The notes under the pieces: model-generated | The model's input: the letters and a program-made list of their open reading frames with translations, nothing else | The model's database searches: none | What the model was told of the DNA's origin: nothing | Shown here: one piece after another, positions 10,181 through 18,412 of the stretch | Position numbering within the stretch: the stretch's first letter is position 1 | Layout of the letters: each line of letters begins with the position of its first letter | Position numbers and translations under genes: made by a program | NCBI GenBank assembly: GCA_963664705.1 | Contig: OY761556.1 | Location: 2,560,001-2,624,000, forward strand | Direction of reading: 5' to 3' | Length of the DNA: 64,000 bases | Source: Acidobacteriota bacterium | GTDB taxonomy: Bacteria; Acidobacteriota; UBA6911

Positions 10181-10720
10181 TTACTTGTTGAGTCCCTGCT
10201 CGATCGTCTGCTCGAATGCGGCCTTTCCCGCTTCGAAGGCGGCATTCTCGAATGAGGACGGTTTGGGGAACCACTTGTGAGGCTCGATCCTGTGAGTCCC
10301 TTCGGTTTTTCCGCTTTGGCTATGGGTCATTCCGCCGAGCCTGTTTTGGCGGGCTTGCCGTTTTTGACGGCCTTTGCTCCAGTTCCAGCCCATCTCCAAA
10401 AAATAGGAGTAATACGCTTCCTTCTTTGAAGGGCCGATCAGCACTCGTCTGACGGCCTTCTGGATCCCTGTAGTGGTCAGGCCTTTCGCTTTGGCCAGCA
10501 CCTTGATGATGTGTGCCTTGAGGTTCCCGCTCGGATGCTGCGGGAGCGATTTGAAGTTCTGCCTGGGCTCGCTTACAGGGGCGGCTGCTTCGATCGCATC
10601 CTTCACGACCTGGGCAGCCGCGTCCTGCGCCGCTTCCAGGGCTTCAGCGAGAACCACCTCGGCAATATGCCGAGTGTTCCGCTTCAGCTCCTCCATTCCG
10701 GATAATTTAACGCCGGCCAT
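10181..10720 (-). CDS. HK97 gp10-like neck/tail-completion protein
   Basis: VKLSGMEEL..AAAPV..SGNLK..AYYSYFLEMG..PHKWF pattern. Confidence 0.8.
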   Translation of the reverse strand: MAGVKLSGMEELKRNTRHIAEVVLAEALEAAQDAAAQVVKDAIEAAAPVSEPRQNFKSLPQHPSGNLKAHIIKVLAKAKGLTTTGIQKAVRRVLIGPSKKEAYYSYFLEMGWNWSKGRQKRQARQNRLGGMTHSQSGKTEGTHRIEPHKWFPKPSSFENAAFEAGKAAFEQTIEQGLNK

Positions 10721-10721
10721 G

Positions 10722-11296
10722 TCACCCTTTCCTCAGACTCTGAACTTCGGTAAAGACGCGCATAACCTGCATCTGCTTTTGCCAGCTGCTTCCGGATGAC
10801 GATCCGCCGGAGGCCCCCTGCGCCTTGAAATATGCCAGCCACTCGACATATTCCCGGTAGGGCATAAAGGCCTCCATTTCCGTCACGCTTCTCCAGCCGA
10901 GTTTCTCGGCTATTGCGAATCTTGTCCTTCGCTCTGGCCGCTCAAGTTTTTTTCCAGTTCCTCCCGGGACTTTTCGGTCAGGCCGGAATACTTGAGGATG
11001 GCGTCCTGCAGCCGCAGGAATGCGCTCGCCGTCTTGCCCATCAGGGTTTCGGCGTCCTTCTCATCGAACATGGGAAGGCCGTCCGCATCACACACGGCCC
11101 AGCGAATCAGCTGCAGGGTAACGTGTTTCATTCGGACGACGACCGAGCCTCTGTCGAACTTGGCCCCCATGTCCGCCAGGGTCGCCTGCTCCTGGAGGGT
11201 GATGGGGCGGACAAACACGGAGCCGCCCCACTCGGGAACTTCGATCTCTTTCAGCTGTGGTTTGCTGTTAAGAATGCTGTCTTTACTGAGTTGCAT
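10722..11296 (-). CDS. Tail assembly chaperone, -1 frameshifted long form (gpGT-like)
   Basis: The -1 frame after the slippery site is open for 74 codons (LERPERRTRFAIAEKLGWRSVTEMEAFMPYREYVEWLAYF...) to TGA at 10722, just before the gp10 ATG. Confidence 0.8.
10910..11296 (-). CDS. Tail assembly chaperone (gpG-like)
   Basis: EIEVPEWGGSVFVRPIT..VCDADGLPMF motif; follows tail tube gene. Confidence 0.88.
   Translation of the reverse strand: MQLSKDSILNSKPQLKEIEVPEWGGSVFVRPITLQEQATLADMGAKFDRGSVVVRMKHVTLQLIRWAVCDADGLPMFDEKDAETLMGKTASAFLRLQDAILKYSGLTEKSREELEKNLSGQSEGQDSQ
10946..10952 (-). other. Programmed -1 ribosomal frameshift heptamer A AAA AAC
   Basis: Minus strand CTG GAA AAA AAC TTG near end of TAC; X XXY YYZ form. 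Confidence 0.8.
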
Positions 11297-11299
11297 TGA

Positions 11300-11740
11300 T
11301 TAGCTCCAGACAACCGGTCCGGTGACTCTCAGGGTCACGTTCAGTTCCAGCGCCGACGCGATAGGAGACGTGGGCTGGATGTTCGCGACGAATGCCGCAA
11401 ACTTCGCCTTGGTCGCTCCGGAATCCGGGAAGAGAAGTTCAAAGTTCCGCAGGGTCTGGTCCTCATAGTCCTTCAAGAGGCCCTTTGTTTCGAAGCCCTG
11501 CGTGGTGTCGTCGGGGAGGAAGTTGCATTTGAACGTGACATCCCCGGACGATTTGAACGTGGGTTTGTATTCGCGATAGCCTCCGTCTGATTGCTGGTGG
11601 GTGAACTCAGCGAACTCCGTCGTGAGTCCCGGTCCATTGATGTCTTTGACTTCGGCGATCGCAGTGAACACCTCGGGTTCCGCGCCATCGCCGATTTTGA
11701 GAAGCGTTCCTCTGCCGATCACGCCTTCAGATGCGGTCAT
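11300..11740 (-). CDS. Major tail tube protein (lambda gpV-like)
   Basis: GTLLKIGDGAEPEVFTAIAEVKDINGPG..EFTH..SGDVTFKCNF..TLRVTGPVVW; ATG at 11740 with AAAGGA SD. Confidence 0.9.
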   Translation of the reverse strand: MTASEGVIGRGTLLKIGDGAEPEVFTAIAEVKDINGPGLTTEFAEFTHQQSDGGYREYKPTFKSSGDVTFKCNFLPDDTTQGFETKGLLKDYEDQTLRNFELLFPDSGATKAKFAAFVANIQPTSPIASALELNVTLRVTGPVVWS

Positions 11741-11757
11741 GATGGTTCCTTTCTCTG

Positions 11758-11957
11758 ATCGGGCACTCCCCGAGAGTGCTGCCCGATAAAACAACGGCGC
11801 GGAAACGGCGTCGGGATTCGCCGCTTTTCGGGCTCGAGTACCCTATCCGCGCCGGTACGGTGCCGGGACTTCCCGGACCATGTCGCAGGCCTCCGGGTTT
11901 GGCTGCGCCTCGACCAGGCGTAAACGCAACCGCGCTCCGGCTTGGTTCCCCGGAGGA
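11758..11957 (-). ncRNA. Putative structured cis-acting RNA with two multi-stem domains upstream of tail tube gene
   Basis: Nested stems on the minus strand: CCUCCGGG/CCCGGAGG, GGUUGCG/CGCAGCC (contains U-G), CGGCGCGGA/UCCGCGCCG enclosing a three-way junction, AUCGGGCA/UGCCCGAU. Confidence 0.55.
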
Positions 11958-11969
11958 AAATGCTGTGTT

Positions 11970-12305
11970 CTAGATTGTCCTGCTGAGGGTCTCCTGAGCG
12001 TTGATCAGGAGCCAGTCACCGAACTGCTCGGGAGGGGCGGTGATAACGAGCCGCGTCCCGCCCCATATGATTTGCTGGAAGGGGGTCACTCCCCTGCGAT
12101 ACCGGATCCACACCCGATAGTCCTGGGAGAAAGCTTCGATTTTCTGTGTCTGCGTGACCTGCTGCCCGCCCCCGGCATCGATCTTTGCCGCAACCCCGGA
12201 GCAGAAGGTCGAGATGATCTTCCCTGCTCCGTTCAAGCTGTACGGCGGGACGACATTCACGATGTCTATCCGCTCGGTGAGTTCCCCGATTTTGGGAGTA
12301 ATCAT
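11970..12305 (-). CDS. Head closure (head-tail joining, SPP1 gp16-like) protein
   Basis: IGELTERIDI..YRVWIRYRRGVT pattern; position after connector. Confidence 0.85.
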   Translation of the reverse strand: MITPKIGELTERIDIVNVVPPYSLNGAGKIISTFCSGVAAKIDAGGGQQVTQTQKIEAFSQDYRVWIRYRRGVTPFQQIIWGGTRLVITAPPEQFGDWLLINAQETLSRTI

Positions 12306-13225
12306 ACGGTCACGATCCGTTCCTTATCGAGGATGCTCTTCACGCGGTGCCACACGGCTGGGCTTATCGCCTCGTCTCCCCGGTTGGTGTATAGATCAGC
12401 GACCATCATGAGGATAGCCGTCTTGATCTCATCCGGAACATCGGCCGCAAGCCCGTAGCCTGCGGTGAATCTGATTTGGACCGCATTCAGCCCGTCGTAT
12501 GTAGCCGGCCAGGATTGTCCTGACGCGAGGCAGATCCGCCCGGGCCAGCCAGCCGCGTCAACCTCATAGCAATTCGTGGACAGCGTCTGGATGTTCCCAG
12601 CCGAATCCTTAAATTTGATGAACTCGACAGCCCGGAGCGGCGGAAATGGGAACTCGATCGCTCTCATGCATCCGGAAAAACCGTCCATGAAAAGATCGTA
12701 GGTGCGGGTGACGTACGATCTCTCCTGATATTGCTCGCAATCCTTTCGCGCTGTCCGGATCAGTCTGGCAATGGTTTTATCTTCCGGATCCGTCGGCGCA
12801 TTGGTCAGGATCGACAACCCGAACTGACATGGGGCTCCAGCCACTACCGACGCACCCCGCACATACTTTTTCGTCCCCTCGTAGACCAGCTTGCAAGTCG
12901 TGCTGCCGCTGGCCGCTGTCACCCTTTCGAAGGATCCGGCATCTTCGTACTCGGCGTCCTCGTCAGTGTCGCTCTCCTGGATCCGGGCCTCTATGAATCC
13001 TCCCTCGCCGCATCCGGCCACCTGGAGCACGGCAACGATATCCGACGCCGCCGATATATCCACTGCATTTCCCTTCAGTTCACCGATATCGTGAGATCCG
13101 GGAAGTATGGTCGCATCCACCCCGATGCTGTCGCCGAAGGACTGCGAGTCGAGCTTCAGATGCATCTTCGCCTCTGCGAGCGTCACCGGCTCGACCGCAG
13201 GACCAAGGAAAATATTCAATGCCAT
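12302..13225 (-). CDS. Head-tail connector (HK97 gp6-like) with a ~115-aa inserted domain
   Basis: EPVTLAEAKMHLKLD..[insert]..EDKTIARLIRTAR..VQIRFTAGYG..VPDEIKTAILMMVADLYTNR. Confidence 0.88.
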   Translation of the reverse strand: MALNIFLGPAVEPVTLAEAKMHLKLDSQSFGDSIGVDATILPGSHDIGELKGNAVDISAASDIVAVLQVAGCGEGGFIEARIQESDTDEDAEYEDAGSFERVTAASGSTTCKLVYEGTKKYVRGASVVAGAPCQFGLSILTNAPTDPEDKTIARLIRTARKDCEQYQERSYVTRTYDLFMDGFSGCMRAIEFPFPPLRAVEFIKFKDSAGNIQTLSTNCYEVDAAGWPGRICLASGQSWPATYDGLNAVQIRFTAGYGLAADVPDEIKTAILMMVADLYTNRGDEAISPAVWHRVKSILDKERIVTV

Positions 13226-13302
13226 GGCATATTTCCAATAAACTCCTTGATGGAGCGCTGTAGGGACCGGGATTTCTCCAGGCCCCCTGGTGTGGAAGCG
13301 AA

Positions 13303-13767
13303 CTAGACAAGCGGAGAACTCATCTGGTCCTGCACGTGAGTGTGTTTTTCCACCAGCGCGAGGATCCCAGCCAGCACGGGCGAATCGGTCTCTTCAACCG
13401 CTTTCAGCCTGCAATAGGCATATCCCTGCTGCGCCAGGTATGCCGGATCGACTTCCACGATATCGATTCGGCCGGAACCTGCAGTCATCGTGTACCCGGT
13501 ATCCGGAGCTTGCGTCAGGGCCCCTTCAACATCGTCGTCAGCGATTTCCTTATATCTGAACGGAATCGCCTTGGACGCCGTTGGGGTTACGTCCTTGCAT
13601 GCCTCCACCGTGATGGTGGATTTCCCGGTGACTCCGACCCCGCGCTGCAGGATGAAGATCACCTTCCCTCCGTCGCAGCGCACCACATCTGAGTAAATGG
13701 TTCCGGCCAGGGCATCGGCAACAGGAGCCAGCCCCTGAACAGCCCTGAAATGCGTTGAGAAATTCAT
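13303..13767 (-). CDS. Putative capsid decoration/cement protein
   Basis: 154-aa beta-rich ORF immediately after MCP. Confidence 0.55.
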   Translation of the reverse strand: MNFSTHFRAVQGLAPVADALAGTIYSDVVRCDGGKVIFILQRGVGVTGKSTITVEACKDVTPTASKAIPFRYKEIADDDVEGALTQAPDTGYTMTAGSGRIDIVEVDPAYLAQQGYAYCRLKAVEETDSPVLAGILALVEKHTHVQDQMSSPLV

Positions 13768-13800
13768 TTCGACTCTCCTTTGGAAAATAATGTTTCAGGA

Positions 13801-15090
13801 TTAGCGCGCGGCCAGCGTCACGAAAGGCGACAGCGTGAGACCCTTCTTCGGGGTCAGCGGCGCGGTCCACCACGGTTTGCCGTCGTTCCGGAGGAAGAAG
13901 CGGAAGGCTCTTTCAGCCGAGAGAAACCTGACATGGATGCTCTCATCCTGCCGCATCTGCTGGTACGTCCCTTCCAGGAACTCGCTCCACTGAGCGAGAA
14001 CAAGGTCTCCCTGGTCGCCGATAGCAGAGCAGTGTTCGGTGAAGTAGAGCGGACGGCCCACGAGCAGATCGACACCGCCAGGACCGGCACCGGGCTTGAA
14101 GTACTCGACCGGCTGGCCTCCGGTAGTTCCGACCAGCTGATACATGCCGGAGAGCTGCGGCCGGCAGGTGTGGTTGGCATGCCACACGGCGCCGGAATAG
14201 CGCCAGCAGCGGGCGATCATCTTGTCGATGTTCTCTTTGAGGATGGTATCCGCGGCCTGGCCGCCTTCTTTCGCCACGACGATCAGAGAGCCGTTCCCCG
14301 CATTCAGAATGCCAAGGAACTCCCCGGCGCCCGTGCCGTTGAGCCGCTCCTCCATGAGATGGGCCCCGAACTCGTCGCCGAATCCCGCGCTCAGCATGGC
14401 GATGAAGGACTCGGGAGAATCCGTCAGGACGTTCTCGGTCGCAAAGGTCAGGCCAAAGAGGTCGTTGACCACGAGCCGCACCTGCTCGAATTTCATGCGG
14501 GACGAACTCGCGTCGACGGTTTCCGGCTTGCGCGTGACGGTCAGTCCGCCGCTCACGCTGGTCGCATGGTTCTTGTCCACACGGGCGTTGAAGGCAACGG
14601 TAGGCGCATTCATGGGAATGTTACGCACCATCCCGGAAACGGGATCGGCCTCGGGCGAAATGGTCAGAATCCCGGGAGCCACCGCCGAAGGGATGAGATA
14701 TCCACCGTAAGGATCGGATCCGGCCTGCTGCTCGTCGGATCCCTGGGTAGCACGGAACCGCTTCAGCCTGGCATCCTCGACCTGAGTCCGCGCCGAGAGC
14801 ATGACCGCGTTGAGAAAATCCCGATGGTCCTTAAAACCACCCTTCGGATCATCTTCGACGTTGTCTTTGCCGACCACGACTTTGGTGACTGCCGGAAGAT
14901 TGCGCTCCTCTTCCATCTGCTCCTCGCAGAGTGTGATCAGTTCGTCGTTTCTCGCGCGCGAAGCGCGAAGTTTCTCGATTTTCAATTTGTCGGCTTCAGT
15001 GAGTCCCACTGCGGGATCAACCCCGGCGAGAATCTGATCTATCTGATTTTTGATCATCTGCCGCCGCTGCTTGAGTTCCTTAATATTCAT
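13801..15090 (-). CDS. HK97-fold major capsid protein with N-terminal coiled-coil scaffold (delta) domain
   Basis: YGGYLIP, NGTGAGEFLGILN, AFRFFLRNDGKPW motifs. Confidence 0.95.
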   Translation of the reverse strand: MNIKELKQRRQMIKNQIDQILAGVDPAVGLTEADKLKIEKLRASRARNDELITLCEEQMEEERNLPAVTKVVVGKDNVEDDPKGGFKDHRDFLNAVMLSARTQVEDARLKRFRATQGSDEQQAGSDPYGGYLIPSAVAPGILTISPEADPVSGMVRNIPMNAPTVAFNARVDKNHATSVSGGLTVTRKPETVDASSSRMKFEQVRLVVNDLFGLTFATENVLTDSPESFIAMLSAGFGDEFGAHLMEERLNGTGAGEFLGILNAGNGSLIVVAKEGGQAADTILKENIDKMIARCWRYSGAVWHANHTCRPQLSGMYQLVGTTGGQPVEYFKPGAGPGGVDLLVGRPLYFTEHCSAIGDQGDLVLAQWSEFLEGTYQQMRQDESIHVRFLSAERAFRFFLRNDGKPWWTAPLTPKKGLTLSPFVTLAAR

Positions 15091-15102
15091 TCTTTGGTCT
15101 CC

Positions 15103-15133
15103 AAATAAAAAAGCCCGCCGGTTGAGGCGAGCT
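15103..15133 (-). terminator. Intrinsic terminator-like hairpin directly upstream of the MCP ribosome-binding site
   Basis: Minus strand AGCUCGCC-UCAACC-GGCGGGCU followed by UUUUUAUUU, then GGAG SD. Confidence 0.65.
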
Positions 15134-15210
15134 GATTGTTTGATCCGATTCTTTTATTTTTTACGCATTCATAATCAGAGCGACGACAAGCTCAGATTTG
15201 GAGAAGGCGC

Positions 15211-15816
15211 ATGCTTGGAAAACTTGTTTCTTTATCTGCCATCCTTGTTCTTTTCGCTGCCGGCACAGTCCAGGCCCAAACACAATCGGACCTGCCACGA
15301 TGTGAAGTTGGCGCCTACTTCACATCCCTCCATCTGCCGGATATCCAGGAATGGCCCGGCGGATTCGGAGGAAGATTCGGATACAACCTTTTCGAATATG
15401 TCGCGCTCGAGGGCGAATTCAACTACTTCCCGGCCCATAGTCCGAAAACAATTGGATCCGGTCCTTCATTCCCCCCTCAATCAGCAGTCGAATGGTTCGG
15501 AGAATCACAGGCACTGTTTGGCATTAAATCAGGAATTCGCATTGACCGATTCGGATTCTTTGGAAAAGCAAAGCCTGGATTCATTCACATGACAGACCGG
15601 CAAAACCTCCAGCTTCTCAACAATCAAAACAGAACCCGTTTCGCTCTCGAATTGGGCGGAGTGTTTGAATACTATCTCAGCCGTTCGATTGTGCTTCGCG
15701 TGGACATGGGCGAAACAATGGTAGATTTCGGCGGCTACAAACCGATCGGCGATTATCAGCCCCGGACTCACAACTGGGGATTCCAAGCCGGCGGCGGACT
15801 CGTCTTCCGGTTTTAG
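15211..15816 (+). CDS. Moron: outer membrane beta-barrel protein (8-stranded OmpA-TM/Ail-like)
   Basis: Signal peptide (VQA-Q), amphipathic strands, C-terminal BAM signal GGGLVFRF; opposite strand between protease and MCP. Confidence 0.85.
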   Translation: MLGKLVSLSAILVLFAAGTVQAQTQSDLPRCEVGAYFTSLHLPDIQEWPGGFGGRFGYNLFEYVALEGEFNYFPAHSPKTIGSGPSFPPQSAVEWFGESQALFGIKSGIRIDRFGFFGKAKPGFIHMTDRQNLQLLNNQNRTRFALELGGVFEYYLSRSIVLRVDMGETMVDFGGYKPIGDYQPRTHNWGFQAGGGLVFRF

Positions 15817-16712
15817 AGCTCAAACTCATTCTTGATACTTTCAATCTGGAGTTGTGCCGCTTTTCCGGAAGATTTTGTCCCCGATAGCCTCGTGAGGACC
15901 TGTTCGAAGGTTGAGATCTTGTCTGACATCCCCGACGAGACTGCCTCCTCCGCCCCGAACACCCGGCCTTTTCCAAAATCGCTCCGGACCTTTGCGTCGC
16001 TTACTCCGCGGTATTTCGCGACGGCCTTCGTGAACATGCCGTAATACCGGTCGACACCTCGCTGGATCTCGGCCGCCGCCTCATCCGACAGAGGCTCGTA
16101 CTGATTCCCTTCGATCTTGTATTCCCCTGCATGGATAAGCGTTGGCTTGAGTCCTTCGCTCTCCAGCCATTTCGACATATCGAGATGCTCGGCGAAAACG
16201 CCGATGGATCCTGCTTCCCCGCTCGGGGTTATATGAAATTCGGAAGCCGCGCTCGCAATCCAATAGGCCGCGCTTGCCGCCAAACTGTTTGCGATCGCAA
16301 CGATGGGCTTTCTGCCGCGCAGTTCGTAAATCTCCTTCGCGAGTTCAGGCACTCCGTATACCGTCCCTCCGGGCGAGTCGATATCCAGCAGTATCGAGGA
16401 CACAGCCGGGTCCGCCACCGCTGCCTTAATGTCCTTCATCACGCGTTCCGTCGAGGTTCCGCCCGGACCGGAGATCTCGTCCATCAGGCTCATTCTCTGC
16501 GCGATGACGCCATACACGGGAATGATCGCCACGGCGGTCCCTTTCGTTTCGCGCTTGTCCACGCGCGCGCCGATCCTATCGGCCACTTCTTCCTGAGTCA
16601 GCATGCCGCCGCCCGATTTGAATCGGAGTAAATCGCGGATGTCCCGCCACTTGCCTTCCTGGATCGCCCAATGCTGGCCGCTGAACGCAGTCACGATTCG
16701 CAGATATCTCAT
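15813..16712 (-). CDS. S49-family prohead protease
   Basis: ILLDIDSPGG, AASAAYWIAS, GSIGV, AGEYK motifs. Confidence 0.93.
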   Translation of the reverse strand: MRYLRIVTAFSGQHWAIQEGKWRDIRDLLRFKSGGGMLTQEEVADRIGARVDKRETKGTAVAIIPVYGVIAQRMSLMDEISGPGGTSTERVMKDIKAAVADPAVSSILLDIDSPGGTVYGVPELAKEIYELRGRKPIVAIANSLAASAAYWIASAASEFHITPSGEAGSIGVFAEHLDMSKWLESEGLKPTLIHAGEYKIEGNQYEPLSDEAAAEIQRGVDRYYGMFTKAVAKYRGVSDAKVRSDFGKGRVFGAEEAVSSGMSDKISTFEQVLTRLSGTKSSGKAAQLQIESIKNEFEL

Positions 16713-16724
16713 GGTGTCCTCAAA

Positions 16725-18227
16725 TTAAGCGGCGAGGGTCAGCAGCCTCTCGGCATGCTCAATCTCCCACCCGCAGATAAGATCGTTGATGCTCCCGGCT
16801 GCCTTCAGCTCGTTCAGCGAGCAGTCGCAATAGCGATCCACTTTCTCCCTCGGCAGCCGCAATGTTTCGCAGAGGCTCTCCCGATAGCCGCGATAAAACT
16901 CTTCCGCCCATTCGATCAGTTCCCTGCCCTCAAATTTTGCGGAGGCCTTCCTGAACTCAATGAGTTCCCTGTTCGCAAGCTTCAGGCTCTCCAGACGAAG
17001 AATTCTCGCAGCCCTTTGAATGTCCGGGCTTCCGGAGGTCGTCATATTGAGAGGCTGCAGGAACCGGTCGCCGCCTTCCCTTGCATTCAGGTTCTCGAAT
17101 GCCCTCGCCTCGTTCGGCGAGAGAATGCCCGCATTGATCCCAACAGCGTATGCGTTATACCGGGAGGCAAGGTCGCCGCGCAGCAGCGAGTCAACCAGGA
17201 ACTCCGCGAAATAGGTCTCCTTCCCCTCGCCGTTCAACGCAAAGATCAGGTCGCGGTAGATCGCCTGCTCCCAGCGCACGAGCCGGGACATGAGCGCGTC
17301 TGTTACATACTCGAGTGCCTGATGTTCGATGTTCGAGAACGTCGCCCGATCCAGGTCTCCGATCTTATGAGGCGGCACCCGGAAGATCGCCGCGATCTCC
17401 GCGCGGTTCAGCTTCCGCAATTCGAGGAATTGGGCATCCTGCATCGTCATGCTCATTTCCTTCCACTGCATTCCCTCTTCAAGGATCATGAAGCCGCCTG
17501 CTTTCCCGGTACCCTGGAATTTTTTGGAGATCGTCTCGCGAAGGTTCTGCTTTGCTTCCTTGCCAAGAGTGTTCGGATGAAGGAACACCCCACTCAGCCG
17601 GATCCCATTCTTAAAAGAAGAAGCCTGAAACTGCTGTGCAGACAACCCCAATCCGATCGTCTCTGAGTGCAGGCCGATTGTCGACAGTCCTGTGAGTCCG
17701 TTCAGCGAAAATCCGCGGAGATGAAATATCTGGTCCTGAGTAAGCTTCTCGGGCACCAGGTCCCTTTCCCGCCTGACCTCGTACATCATTGTTCCGTTAG
17801 TATTCCGATAGACGTTCATCATGCTGTCGGAGTCGATCGGCTCCAGCCTTTCGACGGGTCCGCGGTCGCCGACGATCCTCGCGTATGCGTTTCCCTTCAG
17901 CTCCAGTTGCGCCTGCATCAGCTGCCGGAACTCAAATGACGTCTGCCATCCGTTCGGCTCTGTCTTCAGCAGGTTGTAGAGGGGATGTTCCGTCGCCCTT
18001 TCCTTCCCGCCGTCAGGCATCCTTCGGTAGAGGATCAGCGGCAGTTTCGCCACATCCTCGCTCAGCAGGCGCACGCAGTCATAAACGGCGGAATTGCGCA
18101 TCGCCGCCTCGGAGCTGGTACCGCTACCGAGCATATAGGTGAAACCGCTCTGCGGGTCCGTGTACCAGAAATCATTCGTCGGATCCGGCGCCGAACTCGC
18201 CCGGATCATCCTTCCTATCAGCGTCAT
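16725..18227 (-). CDS. HK97-family portal protein
   Basis: AVYDCVRLLSEDVAKLP, QIFHLRG, DAQFLE, IFRVPPHKIG, ATFSNIE, SPNEARAFENL. Confidence 0.97.
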   Translation of the reverse strand: MTLIGRMIRASSAPDPTNDFWYTDPQSGFTYMLGSGTSSEAAMRNSAVYDCVRLLSEDVAKLPLILYRRMPDGGKERATEHPLYNLLKTEPNGWQTSFEFRQLMQAQLELKGNAYARIVGDRGPVERLEPIDSDSMMNVYRNTNGTMMYEVRRERDLVPEKLTQDQIFHLRGFSLNGLTGLSTIGLHSETIGLGLSAQQFQASSFKNGIRLSGVFLHPNTLGKEAKQNLRETISKKFQGTGKAGGFMILEEGMQWKEMSMTMQDAQFLELRKLNRAEIAAIFRVPPHKIGDLDRATFSNIEHQALEYVTDALMSRLVRWEQAIYRDLIFALNGEGKETYFAEFLVDSLLRGDLASRYNAYAVGINAGILSPNEARAFENLNAREGGDRFLQPLNMTTSGSPDIQRAARILRLESLKLANRELIEFRKASAKFEGRELIEWAEEFYRGYRESLCETLRLPREKVDRYCDCSLNELKAAGSINDLICGWEIEHAERLLTLAA

Positions 18228-18412
18228 CGCTTGTCCTCAGGTTGCGCCAGTGTCTTCAGCGTGCCCACGGCATAAGGAATCCCGCAGCAGACGCCGAGGA
18301 AGATCAATGTCGCCGGCGGGTAAATTTCGTGCAGGCCGCACGCTATCAGCGCGACCGATGCGAGGCCCAGCAACTCGGCCGCAAGCTGGAACGGATTAAA
18401 ACGCTTCTTCAT
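18224..18412 (-). CDS. Small two-helix membrane protein between terL and portal
   Basis: Hydrophobic 62-aa ORF overlapping both neighbours. Confidence 0.6.
   Translation of the reverse strand: MKKRFNPFQLAAELLGLASVALIACGLHEIYPPATLIFLGVCCGIPYAVGTLKTLAQPEDKR

Noticed and set aside
11776-11973. 65-aa minus-strand ORF as the missing tail terminator
   Set aside because: Pro/Arg-rich translation with no recognisable motif; region is better explained by RNA stems
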